The position numbers were made by a program, and so were the translations under genes. A stretch of 59,844 nucleotides of DNA from the NCBI GenBank assembly GCA_963803975.1, contig CAWDOY010000023.1:1-59844 (forward strand), given 5' to 3'. This document shows, piece after piece, positions 59,670-59,844 of this stretch (position 1 is the stretch's first letter; each line of letters begins with the position of its first letter). Under the pieces are notes generated by a model, which saw nothing but the letters and a program-made list of their open reading frames with translations, ran no database searches and was not told the origin of the DNA. The DNA comes from an uncultured delta proteobacterium. GTDB taxonomy: Bacteria > Desulfobacterota > WTBG01 > CAIYCZ01.

Positions 59670-59798
59670 TAACCACAGAGCGCACTAAAGTTAAAGAGTT
59701 TAGGAGTTGGGAGTGTGGAGTTTTTTTCAACAGCCTGTTAGGTAACTCCAGAATGCCGTGACTCCACAACCCGCTAACTCTCAAGGTTCTCCGTGTTT
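59670..59798. repeat. Nested repeat: 9-mer arms, 8-mer arrays, and a solo MITE right end
   Basis: aaccacagag.. / gttaaagagtttaggagttgggagt / TTTTTCAACAGCCTG|ttag / aactcc..aactctc / ctccgtgtt. Confidence 0.65.
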
Positions 59799-59844
59799 TC
59801 TATTTTTATAAACTTTTTAACAAGAACAGTTAAAGCCCTGCAAT

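Overview
Chromosomal segment, most likely from an anaerobic deltaproteobacterium (Desulfobacterota-like; inferred from gene content and order). The housekeeping backbone comprises ftsK-lolA-mfd-surA, ssb, groES-groEL with a CIRCE operator, a K+-independent membrane pyrophosphatase, rsmD-coaD-aspartate aminotransferase, tolQRAB-pal-cpoB, dapB-dapL-folK, dtd, trmB, ahcY plus a PfkB/adenosine kinase, and tRNA-Lys(CUU). Accessory cargo includes a MacAB-like ABC exporter, an RND pump, a GT-C glycosyltransferase, an orphan nucleotidyltransferase next to an attC-like hairpin, an RHH-PIN toxin-antitoxin pair, an orphan BrnA-like antitoxin between tRNA att scars, and three aldehyde:ferredoxin oxidoreductase (AOR) paralogues. 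Many genes, including essential ones, are broken by single frameshifts, most likely long-read indel errors. The most interesting signals are: (1) a co-directional cluster of a plant-chlorophyllase-like lipoprotein, DUF169, two SDRs and an AOR, a candidate anaerobic ester/phytol oxidation route; (2) a CGC-motif UshA-like domain fused to a tetraheme cytochrome c; (3) a dense, partly nested set of small intergenic repeats: a 152-bp MITE pair with a compensatory base change, an IS200/IS605-type palindromic element that supplies the end of folK, and paired 7-9-mer arrays that appear to extend trmB and coaD; (4) tandem tRNA-Lys att scars.
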